Shown here piece after piece: positions 1 to 10,008 of a DNA stretch of 64,000 nucleotides. Positions within the stretch are counted from its first letter, which is position 1. Every line of letters begins with the position of its first letter. The stretch spans positions 320,001-384,000 of the forward strand of contig CAWGMA010000004.1 in assembly GCA_963823555.1 (NCBI GenBank), given 5' to 3'. Source of the stretch: Candidatus Eiseniibacteriota bacterium (lineage in GTDB: Bacteria > Eisenbacteria > RBG-16-71-46 > CAVPCR01). The position numbers and the translations under genes are program-made. The notes below the pieces were generated by a model. The model searched no databases. It worked only from the letters and a program-made list of their open reading frames with translations, and was not told where the DNA came from.

Positions 1-63
1 GGTGACACAGGTGCAGAAGCAGGCCGCCGGTGCCGGCGAGGGAGCAGAGAAGGGAAGGCGGGA

Positions 64-975
<912 letters not shown>

Positions 976-990
976 CAGGAAGCCGCCCGC

Positions 991-2754
991 TCAGACCCCC
1001 GGGCCGGCGAGTGCGGGTTGCACGCCGGAGGCAGAGACATGGCGGCAAGGCTCGGCCCTGGCGCTGCCTTCGAGGTAGTTGCTTTCGAAGAAGGTGGGAG
1101 GTTCCGAGGTCTCCCCGCGCGCGAGTCGCTTCACTTCGCGTTGCATCATCGAGTAGACATAGCGGCCGCCGAGCCACGAGATGAGCCTGGCCTTGAACCC
1201 GAACTCGCGATGCAGCTCGCCGAGGAGGGCGTCCAGCTTCTCGCGCATTCTCCGGTCCTTGCGGTAGTGGCGTCTGGCCGCCGCCGTCACTGCGCACCAG
1301 GTCTTGGCGAGATCTTGTCCCTCCCAGCGGATGCGGTCGCGGATGCGCGCATCGGGGTGGTCCTTGTACCGGCGCCAGCCCTTGAGTGTGGTCGCGAAAA
1401 TCCGCACGACGCTCGGCCCGTTGATCTCGAAGTCGCGGTTGAAGGCGCGTAACAGCAGCTCGCTCTCGAGGCCCTCGTCGATGTGCGGATGCCAGTAGTT
1501 GAAGCGTGCCTGGCCATGGACTTCCGGCAGGCCCACTCGCTCTTCATCCATGATCAGGCCCTTGGCGGTGAACTCGCTGTGCAGGGCCGTGCCGGGCATG
1601 GGCATGTAGAGCATGAACTGATGGAAATCGGTGGCGTGGCTGACGGCGTAATCGATGACGGCATCGATGTTGTCGGGCGTGTGGTTCTCGAGCCCGATGA
1701 TGCTGCTGCCGAGCACGCGGATGCCATGCGACTGGAATTCGCCGATCATCTCCCGGGTGTCGACGCCGCGCAACTTGCCGTACTCGCTCTGCTCGCCTTC
1801 GAGGCCGATCCAGATCCAGGACACGCCGAGGCGCACGAGTTGCTCGATCGTGTACTTGCACAGCACGTTGGCTGACGCAAACACGTAGAACGACCAGGGC
1901 TTGCCGTGTTCCTCCATCAGCTCGAGCAACCGCAGGGCACGGGGGCGATTGAGCAGGAAATTCTCGTCCATCACGAAGAACGAGCGGGCCCCCGACTCAC
2001 GCTCCAGGCCGGTCAAGATCTCGAAGATCTCATCGCCGGTTTCGTAGAATGTGTTGAACTTGCCCTTGCCGCCGAACATTGCGGACGTGGAGCAGAAGTT
2101 GCAGCCCAGGGGGCAGCCGACGGAGGGGATCAGCGTGGCCGCGGTATCACCCGGGCGGTTGGGAACCTCGATGCCCATGCTGCGCATGTTGATGGGCGAA
2201 TAGACCACGGGGTGGCGGTACGGGCGGCTGGTGTCCTCTCCCAGGTAGTGGCGGAACCACTCGACACCCTCGCCCTTCACGATGTGGTCGGCATCGACGC
2301 GCTGGTCCAGGTCGCTGAGGCTGGCGACGTGGCCGCCGATCACGATCTTGGCTTTGGGCTGATGGAGGCGAATCAGCTCGCACATCTTCCGCACCTTCAG
2401 CACGTTGACGAGAATGCTGCTGATGCCGATCACGTCGTAGGGCTCCGTCTTCAGCTCCTCGACGAAGCGGTCCAGGGTGGGGAAATCCAGCAGATTGCAG
2501 CGCGCCTCGACATTGCACTGGATCAGCATGATGCCCCAGCTGCGGTGGAACATGCGGAGCGAGAAGGGCCCCTGGGTGCGAGTGACCTGGTTGTGGTAGA
2601 GCTCCATGGGGTTGATGCGGCTGCTGCCGTACTCGTCGTCCTGGGCGTAGGGCCCGAACACGCTGGTCAGCAGCACCTTGGCGCGCGAGCCCAGCGGGTG
2701 CACCGGGCGGTCGTCGCCAGCGCTGGCGGCGGTGTTGTCGTTATCACGGGTCAT
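991..2754 (-). CDS. Cobalamin-binding radical SAM protein
   Basis: CPLGCNFC cluster motif, preceded by B12-binding-like segments (DVIGIS, IVIGGH, VKGEG); FFVMDENF. Start at ATG 2754 chosen over the ORF-track start 2922, which overlaps the upstream gene. Confidence 0.85.
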   Translation of the reverse strand: MTRDNDNTAASAGDDRPVHPLGSRAKVLLTSVFGPYAQDDEYGSSRINPMELYHNQVTRTQGPFSLRMFHRSWGIMLIQCNVEARCNLLDFPTLDRFVEELKTEPYDVIGISSILVNVLKVRKMCELIRLHQPKAKIVIGGHVASLSDLDQRVDADHIVKGEGVEWFRHYLGEDTSRPYRHPVVYSPINMRSMGIEVPNRPGDTAATLIPSVGCPLGCNFCSTSAMFGGKGKFNTFYETGDEIFEILTGLERESGARSFFVMDENFLLNRPRALRLLELMEEHGKPWSFYVFASANVLCKYTIEQLVRLGVSWIWIGLEGEQSEYGKLRGVDTREMIGEFQSHGIRVLGSSIIGLENHTPDNIDAVIDYAVSHATDFHQFMLYMPMPGTALHSEFTAKGLIMDEERVGLPEVHGQARFNYWHPHIDEGLESELLLRAFNRDFEINGPSVVRIFATTLKGWRRYKDHPDARIRDRIRWEGQDLAKTWCAVTAAARRHYRKDRRMREKLDALLGELHREFGFKARLISWLGGRYVYSMMQREVKRLARGETSEPPTFFESNYLEGSARAEPCRHVSASGVQPALAGPGV

Positions 2755-2873
2755 GTCGACCGGCAGGGTCGCTACCGTCGCGTCCCCCCGGGGTGAGCCA
2801 GTCGGGCGACCCGGCTCCGTGACCGCATGACGCCGGGAGACGTGGCCCTCACGCGAAGGATGTCTGTGGTCGG

Positions 2874-3299
2874 TCAAGTTGTTGACTTCTTGCTCTTGGG
2901 GCACGACGACCGGCTCGGACACTTGCCGCAGTCACCCTGGGCCGCCGGCTTGGCGCTGGCCTCGTGCACAGCGTCGAGCTTCGCCTCCGGAGCCACCTTG
3001 GTCACCACCTTGGTCAGGGTCTCGGGAGAGGTCTTGGCCGTCTCGAAGGTGACCAGGAACTTCCCGGCCTCCGCCTCGGCCTTGGCGGTGATGATCCCCT
3101 CTTCCTTGGCGAGGGCCTTGGTCAGATCCTTGACGACCGCCGCATCCGAGAGATTGGGCACGCTGTAGATGGCCGTCTGGGCGTACGGCGCCGCCTGGGC
3201 CGGTGCTGCATCTTGGGCCGGCGCGTCGCCGGCGAAGGACGCCGTTGCGGTGAGAAGCAAGGTGCTGGTCAGGATGAACAAGAGAGACTTGACGCGCAT
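2874..3299 (-). CDS. Exported HMA-like domain protein with Cys-rich tail
   Basis: Signal peptide MRVKSLLFILTSTLLLTATASFA; HMA-like pattern (KALAKEEGIITAKAE...VTFETAKTS) without CxxC; C-terminal CGKCPSRSSC. Confidence 0.65.
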   Translation of the reverse strand: MRVKSLLFILTSTLLLTATASFAGDAPAQDAAPAQAAPYAQTAIYSVPNLSDAAVVKDLTKALAKEEGIITAKAEAEAGKFLVTFETAKTSPETLTKVVTKVAPEAKLDAVHEASAKPAAQGDCGKCPSRSSCPKSKKSTT

Positions 3300-3334
3300 G
3301 GAATCGTCCTCCAGTGACAGGATTGGTCGTGAAA

Positions 3335-3736
3335 TCAACGGGGGCTCTCCGCGACCTCGACGCCGTCGATCTCGCGGACGGCATAGACTCCGAACAGGAA
3401 CTCGCCGGTCGTCTCGTTGTAGACCGGCCCTTCGATCGCATCCTTCATGGCTGCCGGGTCGGTGACCGCCGGATCATAAGTCACCTCGACCTTGGCCCGG
3501 GGCGCCCACGCCGTGAACCGGATCACGCCCGGCACATCTTCGAGCTGCCGCGAAGCTCGTTCGGCGGTATCGACGCAGCGCACTCCTTCGACGACGAACA
3601 CGACGCGGCGCTCTTCAGACGCAGTGGCGGCGAAGTCGCGAACCACGCTGGGTGCCGCAAAGAGCCGTGCGCCGCCGATGCCGGCTGCCGCTGCCACGAC
3701 CACGAGTGCCGGTACGATCCAGAGTGGGGCCTTCAT
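3335..3736 (-). CDS. Membrane-anchored heavy-metal-associated (HMA) domain protein
   Basis: N-terminal TM helix, then FVVEGVRCVDTA...LEDVPGV...VEVTYDP (HMA pattern, CxxT instead of CxxC); start overlaps the upstream stop. Confidence 0.75.
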   Translation of the reverse strand: MKAPLWIVPALVVVAAAAGIGGARLFAAPSVVRDFAATASEERRVVFVVEGVRCVDTAERASRQLEDVPGVIRFTAWAPRAKVEVTYDPAVTDPAAMKDAIEGPVYNETTGEFLFGVYAVREIDGVEVAESPR

Positions 3737-4524
3737 CGTCGCATCCCCGCCCAGCGTAGCTCCAGCGCTCCGCTCGGGCAGACTTCAGTGCACTCGAAGC
3801 ACAGCGTGCACTCCCCGGATTGTACCGTTTCCGCCTGCGACACGTCGATCGTTTGCGGGCAGGCGTGGTCGCATGCACCGCAGGCCGTGCAGCTGTTCTC
3901 CTCCCGCACCAGGCGGAGCCGCCCCGCGGCGGAGAAGGGCCAGATCGCCGCGCCGAGGGGGCACAGGTAGCGGCACCAGGCCATGGGCAAGAGGAGGCCG
4001 ACGATCGCGAGTCCGGCGAGGATGGCATAGCTCATGGCTCGCACGTCGTGACCGTTGGCGCTGAACAGGATGTAGTAGGGATCGTAGCCGCGGAACACCA
4101 GTTCGCCGGTGGTCCAGGTCGCAACGAGCACGAGCGCCAGGACGGCGATGCGCAGGACGACGCGTAGCACCCGGTCCACACGCGGCGGAATGCGCCACAG
4201 ACCGGTGAACCCTTGCCGGGCAAACAGCCGCTGGGCGAGCCGCCCTTCCCACTCGGAGAGCGCGCCCACGGGGCAGACCCAGCCGCAGAAGGCCTTTCGC
4301 GCCAGGAATGTAAGACCGATCAGGGCGATGAAGAGGGCGAGGTTCGTGTCGCCGGCAGCACAGGTGAAGCGCTGGCGGGTCAGGAATGCATAGGCCGTCT
4401 CGAGCCCGCCAAAGGGGCAGTAGGTCTCGACCGTGATGACGGAACGGCCCAACGCAAAGCGAGCCCCCGCAACGGAGGCGGCGAGGATGACAGCGATTTG
4501 TGTGACTAGACGTAGCCGCTTCAC
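3733..4524 (-). CDS. 4Fe-4S binding membrane protein (NapH/MauN/YccM family)
   Basis: YCPFGG, FCGWVCPVG and WCRYLCPLG motifs, two ferredoxin motifs CTACGACDHACP and CTLCFECTEVCP, several TM helices; GTG 4524 with GGAG upstream. Confidence 0.88.
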   Translation of the reverse strand: MKRLRLVTQIAVILAASVAGARFALGRSVITVETYCPFGGLETAYAFLTRQRFTCAAGDTNLALFIALIGLTFLARKAFCGWVCPVGALSEWEGRLAQRLFARQGFTGLWRIPPRVDRVLRVVLRIAVLALVLVATWTTGELVFRGYDPYYILFSANGHDVRAMSYAILAGLAIVGLLLPMAWCRYLCPLGAAIWPFSAAGRLRLVREENSCTACGACDHACPQTIDVSQAETVQSGECTLCFECTEVCPSGALELRWAGMRR

Positions 4525-4583
4525 GCTCCGGTCTCCCAGGACTGACGGAGACCGAGGCGGGTCTCCCTGCTGCTTTCCCAATG

Positions 4584-4629
4584 ACCATATCAGGAGACCG
4601 CGGGTTGTGTCAAAACGTGAGTTCTGACA
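4584..4629 (-). promoter_or_regulatory. Sigma70-type promoter overlapped by a palindromic operator
   Basis: Minus strand TTGACA (4613-4608), 18 nt, TATGGT (4589-4584) with a TG extension; inverted repeat TGTCAAAAC-GTGA-GTTCTGACA (4608-4629) covers the -35. Confidence 0.6.
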
Positions 4630-4699
4630 ATAGGATAGGCGGGAGGAGGGAAGGCCCGCCGGGGCCCGGCAGGGGATGAAGCCGGGCCAGGGGAGGGGT

Positions 4700-5257
4700 T
4701 CAGAAGCTCCCGAACTTGAACGTCAGGACGCCGAACGGCGCGCTCAGATCGCTGTTGGAGAGGTCCAGGTCCGCCGCCGTCACGATCCGGTAGCCACCTC
4801 CGACACCGATGCGGAAGAACGTTGCCACGTTCAGCATGAGGTTGGCTGCAGGCTCCAGCACGAAGACGGTATCCGTTCGATCGAAGAGATACGTCGCCCC
4901 GCCGGCGCCGATGAGGGTGTAGATCGAGAAATGAAGCAGGTCATCGGACCGGTTGATGTACTCGATCTCGACGCCGCCGTAGCCGAACTCGATTCCTCTC
5001 TCGAAGGGAAATTCGAACTCCCCGATGCTGTTGGCGACGCCATAGCCGCCAGCGCCGACGACGAACGTGTGATTGATGATCCAGCCGCCGCGGCCACCGG
5101 CGAAGACCGCGAAGTCGCCGCCGACGTCGCTGAACTTGACGACCGGGCCGCCGAAGCCGCCGGACTCGAGCCCGCCGCCCAGCAACGTCCTCTGCTGGGC
5201 GGCCGACAGCGAGCTCGTGGCGAGCAGGCCAAGGATGATCAGTGCGAACTGTCTCAT
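4700..5257 (-). CDS. Outer-membrane beta-barrel protein
   Basis: Signal peptide, Gly/aromatic-rich alternating strands (GGRGGWIINH, FGYGGVEIEY, FRIGVGGGYR), C-terminal Phe (LTFKFGSF). Confidence 0.8.
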   Translation of the reverse strand: MRQFALIILGLLATSSLSAAQQRTLLGGGLESGGFGGPVVKFSDVGGDFAVFAGGRGGWIINHTFVVGAGGYGVANSIGEFEFPFERGIEFGYGGVEIEYINRSDDLLHFSIYTLIGAGGATYLFDRTDTVFVLEPAANLMLNVATFFRIGVGGGYRIVTAADLDLSNSDLSAPFGVLTFKFGSF

Positions 5258-5385
5258 CGATTCCCTCCGTCGGATCTGCGACCTATCAGGTGCGCTTGCC
5301 TGACGAGTCCCAACCTAGAGTCCCGCCGGGTGCCTGTCAACCTGCGGCCAACCTGATCCCAGGAAGTCCGGGTCTCGATTCTGCT

Positions 5386-5661
5386 TTGTCCTGGTGGAGT
5401 GACGAGGTCGTCGTCGAGGAGATCTCGATCTGCCCTCACGGCATCCAGTTCCTGTTCATGGCCGAGGAACGTGGTAGTCCCTACCTCGTGGCGCTGGTGT
5501 TCGTGAATCCCCTGGTCTGCCCGCGGCTCCGCCCCCGGCCCGACCGGCCGCGGATCGTGGAGCCTTCGCTTCGGCTCGCTCTGGTATGGCGCGGCCGAGA
5601 GATCGAACTGAGAGGGTGCCTGGATGCCTACATGATGCTGTTGACGCGATCCGTGGGGTGA
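5386..5661 (+). CDS. Small hypothetical protein
   Basis: Third-position GC bias looks coding (gtc gtc gtc gag gag atc tcg atc tgc); TTG start uncertain; no family recognised. Confidence 0.4.
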   Translation: MSWWSDEVVVEEISICPHGIQFLFMAEERGSPYLVALVFVNPLVCPRLRPRPDRPRIVEPSLRLALVWRGREIELRGCLDAYMMLLTRSVG

Positions 5662-5706
5662 CGACGTTGTCGACCAAGAGGGGAAGGCAAGGGGCGATGC
5701 GGCTCG

Positions 5707-6168
5707 CTAGCGGGGCTCAAGGCTGCCTACCTCGGATTCAGCCATCGCACTCGATCCAGAATAGGCGATGACGCGCCAGACCAGGATCGGATCGGGGTCG
5801 GGAATCGTGGCTGCCGGAAGCACGAGGATAGTGTCGAACTGGATGGGTGACTCGTAGAGGAGCTTGAGGCTCGAGTCGTAGATCTTGAGCTGGTACCCGC
5901 TGGCGCCCTCGACCGCGCGCCAGCGAAACATGACCGACCCCGAATTGAGGAATGTCGGTTCCTCGATCCCGAACATGCGATCCTCGTTGCCACTACCGAC
6001 CAGCGGGTTGCTCCCTTCGAGCCCATCCAAGCGGTCGAGCACCCGGAGGCCGAGGAGGAGGGCAACGCAGGCTACCAGGGCGAGAACCCAGGCCGCGCGG
6101 CGCGGTGTCAAGATGCCGCGGCCGACACGAGCCGGTTGCGAGCCCGGAACGCGATCAGGGCCCCTCAT
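5707..6168 (-). CDS. Hypothetical membrane-anchored protein with FN3/Ig-like periplasmic domain
   Basis: TM helix AAWVLALVACVALLLGL, then FRWRAVEGASGYQLKIYD...LVWRVIAY beta-sandwich pattern; start uncertain (6168 or 6258). Confidence 0.6.
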   Translation of the reverse strand: MRGPDRVPGSQPARVGRGILTPRRAAWVLALVACVALLLGLRVLDRLDGLEGSNPLVGSGNEDRMFGIEEPTFLNSGSVMFRWRAVEGASGYQLKIYDSSLKLLYESPIQFDTILVLPAATIPDPDPILVWRVIAYSGSSAMAESEVGSLEPR

Positions 6169-6358
6169 CTCCGCCCACGGGTGCTCACGCTCGATGCGGG
6201 CAGATGTCTTGATGGTTGTTGGGTCCGTCGAATGGCCAAGAGGGCGAGATTCTAACATGGAATCATGACGCCTCCGCCGGGGGGTGCATGGTGACTCGGG
6301 CGTGGCCGCGTTACACTCCGCTCATGAGCCTCAGTTCTCCCGATCACGAGCTCCGCCC

Positions 6359-7423
6359 ATGACGCCGCGCGAGCGGATCCGCTGCGTGCTCCGCCACGAG
6401 CGGCCCGACCGCGTTCCGCGGATGGTCAACTTCTATCCCACGACCTTCGGTCCCCATCCTGGACGCGACAGGAACACCGAGTTCGCGACCGACATCCGTT
6501 TCGTGAGCATCGAGGCGCCGCGAGAGCAGGGGGATTTCCTCCGCTATCTCGAGTCGCTCCCGCGCGACGCCTACGTGGGAAACCTCGATACGCTCCGCAC
6601 CTATCACCTCTGGGGCTACCACCCGGAAATCGAGCGGGATGCGCGCCTGGGCGATGCCCGCACGATCGCGGAGATCGCCGCCGCCCCGCTTCCCGATTTC
6701 ATGAGGCAGCTCAGGCCGGAGCGGCTCCGCGCCGAGGTGGAAGCGCACCACGACCGCGGCTACCCGGTGATGGCCGCGCCGCCGCACCTGGGCGGGGAGC
6801 TCTTCGAGACCGCCTACCGGCTCCGCGGCTTCGAGCAGTTCATGATCGACCTCGCCACGAACCCGCCGCTCGTCGACTACCTCCTCGAGCAGCTCACCGC
6901 CATGCACCTCCCGGTGTCCCTCGCCCTCACCCGCGCCGGCATCGACATCCTGGCCCTCGATGACGATGTCGCCGATTCCGGGCGCATGCTCATGAGCCGC
7001 GCGATGTGGCAGCGCTACTTCAAGCCGCACGTGAAGACGGTCATCGATACCTGCCGGGCCGCCAACCCCGAGCTCGCGGTCTTCTGGCACAGCGACGGCA
7101 ACATCGAGGCCATCATCCCCGACCTGATCGAGATCGGGGTCGACATCCTGAATCCGGTACAGCCAGATGTCATGGATCCGGCCCGGCTCAAGCGGCTCTA
7201 CGGCGAGCGGCTCGTCTTCTTCGGCACCGTCGGGACGCCCCATCTCTGGTCCTTCGGCACGCCCGCGGACATTCGCGCCGAGGTGCAGGAGCGGATCGCG
7301 ACCGTGGGTCGGGACGGCGGTCTCATCATCTCTCCGGCCTACGACCTCGAGCCGGCGGAGAACATCCCCTGGGCGAACGTCGTCGCCTTCTTCGCGGCGG
7401 TCGAGGAGTTCGGCGCCTACTGA
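6359..7423 (+). CDS. Uroporphyrinogen decarboxylase / MtaA-CmuA family (corrinoid methyltransferase-like) protein
   Basis: MTPRERI...PDRVP N-terminus, LRGFEQFMIDL, DDDVA, FWHSDGNI, LNPVQP, GGLIISP. Confidence 0.85.
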   Translation: MTPRERIRCVLRHERPDRVPRMVNFYPTTFGPHPGRDRNTEFATDIRFVSIEAPREQGDFLRYLESLPRDAYVGNLDTLRTYHLWGYHPEIERDARLGDARTIAEIAAAPLPDFMRQLRPERLRAEVEAHHDRGYPVMAAPPHLGGELFETAYRLRGFEQFMIDLATNPPLVDYLLEQLTAMHLPVSLALTRAGIDILALDDDVADSGRMLMSRAMWQRYFKPHVKTVIDTCRAANPELAVFWHSDGNIEAIIPDLIEIGVDILNPVQPDVMDPARLKRLYGERLVFFGTVGTPHLWSFGTPADIRAEVQERIATVGRDGGLIISPAYDLEPAENIPWANVVAFFAAVEEFGAY

Positions 7424-8340
7424 CTCCCGCAGCGCTGCGCCGCCGCACCGCCACTCGCGGCCGGCGCCAGGCTCCGGAAGTAGGACTCGATGCCTTGGGC
7501 ACGGTACTGGCGGTGGGCCGGTGGATCGACGGGCCGCACGAGCTCGGTGCTGCCGGTGGTCTTGTTGATGTCGAGGAGCACCGCCCGATCCCCGACCATC
7601 ACGTAGTCCAGCTTGCCGTAGTCCAGGTTGAACCGCTGCCGCCAGCCGTCGACTTCGGCCGGAGGATCCACCTCGGTCCAGCGGGTCGTCGTGCGAGCCT
7701 TGACCAGCCGTTCCGGACTGCCGAGGCGCGTGCAGGTCCAGCGATCGCCGAGGAAATGGTAGGTGCGGATGAAGTACAAACCGTCCTCTCTCTCCGGGAT
7801 GAACTTCTCGACGATCAGCCGCCGATCGTTGAAGCAGCGCAATGGAACCTGGCGCAGGTGATCGTAGGTGAGGTAGTGGTCCTCGCTCTTCATCGGCGCG
7901 CCGATCTCGCCGAGTGAGTCCAGGAACCGCCAGGCCTTGAGCATCCGCGGGCGCCGGCGCAGCCATACCGGCTCGCGGTTGACCCGTTCGGGGCGGCCGG
8001 CATTGTTCAGATCCGTCTTGACGATGACGGGTCCATCCCAGTCGTCACTCGGAGTGAGGCGGCTTTCGCTGAATGCGGATTTCTTGATGTTCTTGACGCA
8101 TGCGTTCAGGGCAATGGGATAGCGGGCTGCGAAGGCCAGGTATTCGTCGGGAACGACCGACAGATCGACATGAACCAGAACCAGGTCGGCCGGTTCCATG
8201 CGGCCTGTTCCGAACAGGAAGACGACATCGTGGCCCATCTGGCGCCAGGATTCGGCCAGATCGTGGATGACGTAGGACGCGATCTTGCGCCCACGGTCTT
8301 TCCTGTGGAAGAGAACGGCGATTCGCCGCAGCCTGGTCAT
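7417..8340 (-). CDS. Hypothetical protein, ATP-grasp-like
   Basis: PVIVKTDLN, LIVEKFIPE and LDYGKLDYVMVGDRAVLLDINKT resemble ATP-grasp (RimK-like) nucleotide-binding motifs. Confidence 0.6.
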   Translation of the reverse strand: MTRLRRIAVLFHRKDRGRKIASYVIHDLAESWRQMGHDVVFLFGTGRMEPADLVLVHVDLSVVPDEYLAFAARYPIALNACVKNIKKSAFSESRLTPSDDWDGPVIVKTDLNNAGRPERVNREPVWLRRRPRMLKAWRFLDSLGEIGAPMKSEDHYLTYDHLRQVPLRCFNDRRLIVEKFIPEREDGLYFIRTYHFLGDRWTCTRLGSPERLVKARTTTRWTEVDPPAEVDGWRQRFNLDYGKLDYVMVGDRAVLLDINKTTGSTELVRPVDPPAHRQYRAQGIESYFRSLAPAASGGAAAQRCGSQ

Positions 8341-8535
8341 GGGGGTTCCGGCAGGTGACGTTCCAGGGATGCACTGCACTGCGGAGGAGGAGAGTATAAC
8401 CGAATTCGGGCCGAGAGTCCAGCCTGGAGAGCAGGAAGCGATCCCTGATACGTGGTCCCCGCGACCCGTCGTGGCATCTGGTATCATGGCGCACTCGGCC
8501 GTCCTCTCTCTACGTCTCCCAGGAGTTAGCGCGCG

Positions 8536-10008
8536 ATGAGACCGCTGGTCCGGTTCTTGGATGATTCCCTCATCGAGAGCATCGTGGGCGAGGCGCGCGA
8601 TCTCCTCGCGACCCTCGGGGTCGAGATCCATAACCCGGGCATCCTCTCCATGCTCGCCGAGCACGGCGCCCGGGTGGATATGGGCAAGAGCCGCGTCTAC
8701 CTCGCGGCCGATCTCATCGACCGCGCGCTCTCGACCGCCCCGCGCTCCTTCCAGGTCTACGACGTCCTCGGCCGGGAGGCGCTCGATCTCTCCGGTGCCA
8801 ACGTGCATTTCACCCCCGGCTCGGCGGCGATCAACATCCTCGACCATGCCACGGGCCAGATCCGCAAGCCGACGACCGCCGATGTCATCGACTACGCGCA
8901 GGTCGTGAACGAGCTCACGCACCTGGCTTCACAGGCGACGGCGCTCATCCCGAGCGACGTGCCCGAGCGGATCTCGGACAGCTACCGGCTCTTCCTGAGC
9001 CTCCTCGTCGGCGAGAAGCCGGTGGTGACGGGCGCTTTCACCATCGACGCCTTCAACATCATGCGCGATCTCCAGCTTGCCGTGCGCGGATCGAAAGAGG
9101 CGCTCAGGGAGAAACCGCTCACCATCTTCTCCTGCTGTCCGACAGCGCCTCTCAAGTGGAGCGATGTCACATCGCAGAACGTCATCGACTGCGCGACCTA
9201 CGCGATCCCGGTCGAGTTCATCTCGATGCCGCTCTCGGGATTCGTGGCGCCGGTGACGCTCGTCGGCACTCTCGTGCAGCACACCGCCGAGACCCTGAGC
9301 GGACTTGTCCTGAGCCAGCTCACGCGGCCGGGCGCGCCCATCCTCTACGGTGGATCCCCGGCCATCTTCGATGTCCGCTACGAGACGACCCCGATGGGCG
9401 CCATCGAGACCATGATGGTGGACTGCGCCTACAACGAGATCGGGAAACACCTGGGATTGCCCACGCAGGCCTACATCGGTCTGAGCGATGCCAAGCAGCT
9501 CGATGCCCAGGCCGGTCTCGAAGCGTCGACCGGAGCCACGCTGGCCGCGCTCTCCGGGATCAACAACGTCTCGGGTCCGGGGATGCTCGATTTCGAGAGC
9601 TGTCTCTCCCTCGAGACCCTCGTCCTCGACAACGAGATCTGCGGGATGGCGCTCCGCATGGTGCGGGGCATCGAGCCGCGCGAGGACTTCCCGTCCCGCC
9701 CCCGGTTCGAGGAGCTGCTCGCGGATCAGCACCTCCTCATCTCCAAGCACACGCGCCGTTACCTGAAGGAGGAGCACTATCTCCCCGGCCGCGTCATCGA
9801 TCGCGCGAACCGCTCGCGCTGGCAGGAGGAAGGGGGTCTGACGCTCGGCGAACGCGCCCATCGCGAGGTCGAGCGCCTGATCGCCGCCTATCGCCCCTCG
9901 GCCCTGCCTGCGGACATCCAGAGCGACATGGCGGATCGCATGCAGCACGAGGCCGGACGCTTCGGGATGAGCCGGCTCCCGCACGTGGATCTATGGCCGA
10001 AGTCGTGA
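8536..10008 (+). CDS. MttB-superfamily methylamine/quaternary amine:corrinoid methyltransferase, non-pyrrolysine
   Basis: APVTLVGTLVQHTAETLSGL, PGAPILYG, GLSDAKQLDAQAGLE (Leu where Pyl sits in MttB), GMLDFE, LVLDNEI. Confidence 0.9.
   Translation: MRPLVRFLDDSLIESIVGEARDLLATLGVEIHNPGILSMLAEHGARVDMGKSRVYLAADLIDRALSTAPRSFQVYDVLGREALDLSGANVHFTPGSAAINILDHATGQIRKPTTADVIDYAQVVNELTHLASQATALIPSDVPERISDSYRLFLSLLVGEKPVVTGAFTIDAFNIMRDLQLAVRGSKEALREKPLTIFSCCPTAPLKWSDVTSQNVIDCATYAIPVEFISMPLSGFVAPVTLVGTLVQHTAETLSGLVLSQLTRPGAPILYGGSPAIFDVRYETTPMGAIETMMVDCAYNEIGKHLGLPTQAYIGLSDAKQLDAQAGLEASTGATLAALSGINNVSGPGMLDFESCLSLETLVLDNEICGMALRMVRGIEPREDFPSRPRFEELLADQHLLISKHTRRYLKEEHYLPGRVIDRANRSRWQEEGGLTLGERAHREVERLIAAYRPSALPADIQSDMADRMQHEAGRFGMSRLPHVDLWPKS

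Noticed and set aside
9460..9500. Pyrrolysine recoding in the MttB homologue
   Set aside because: No in-frame TAG; the equivalent codon is CTG (Leu) in GLSDAK
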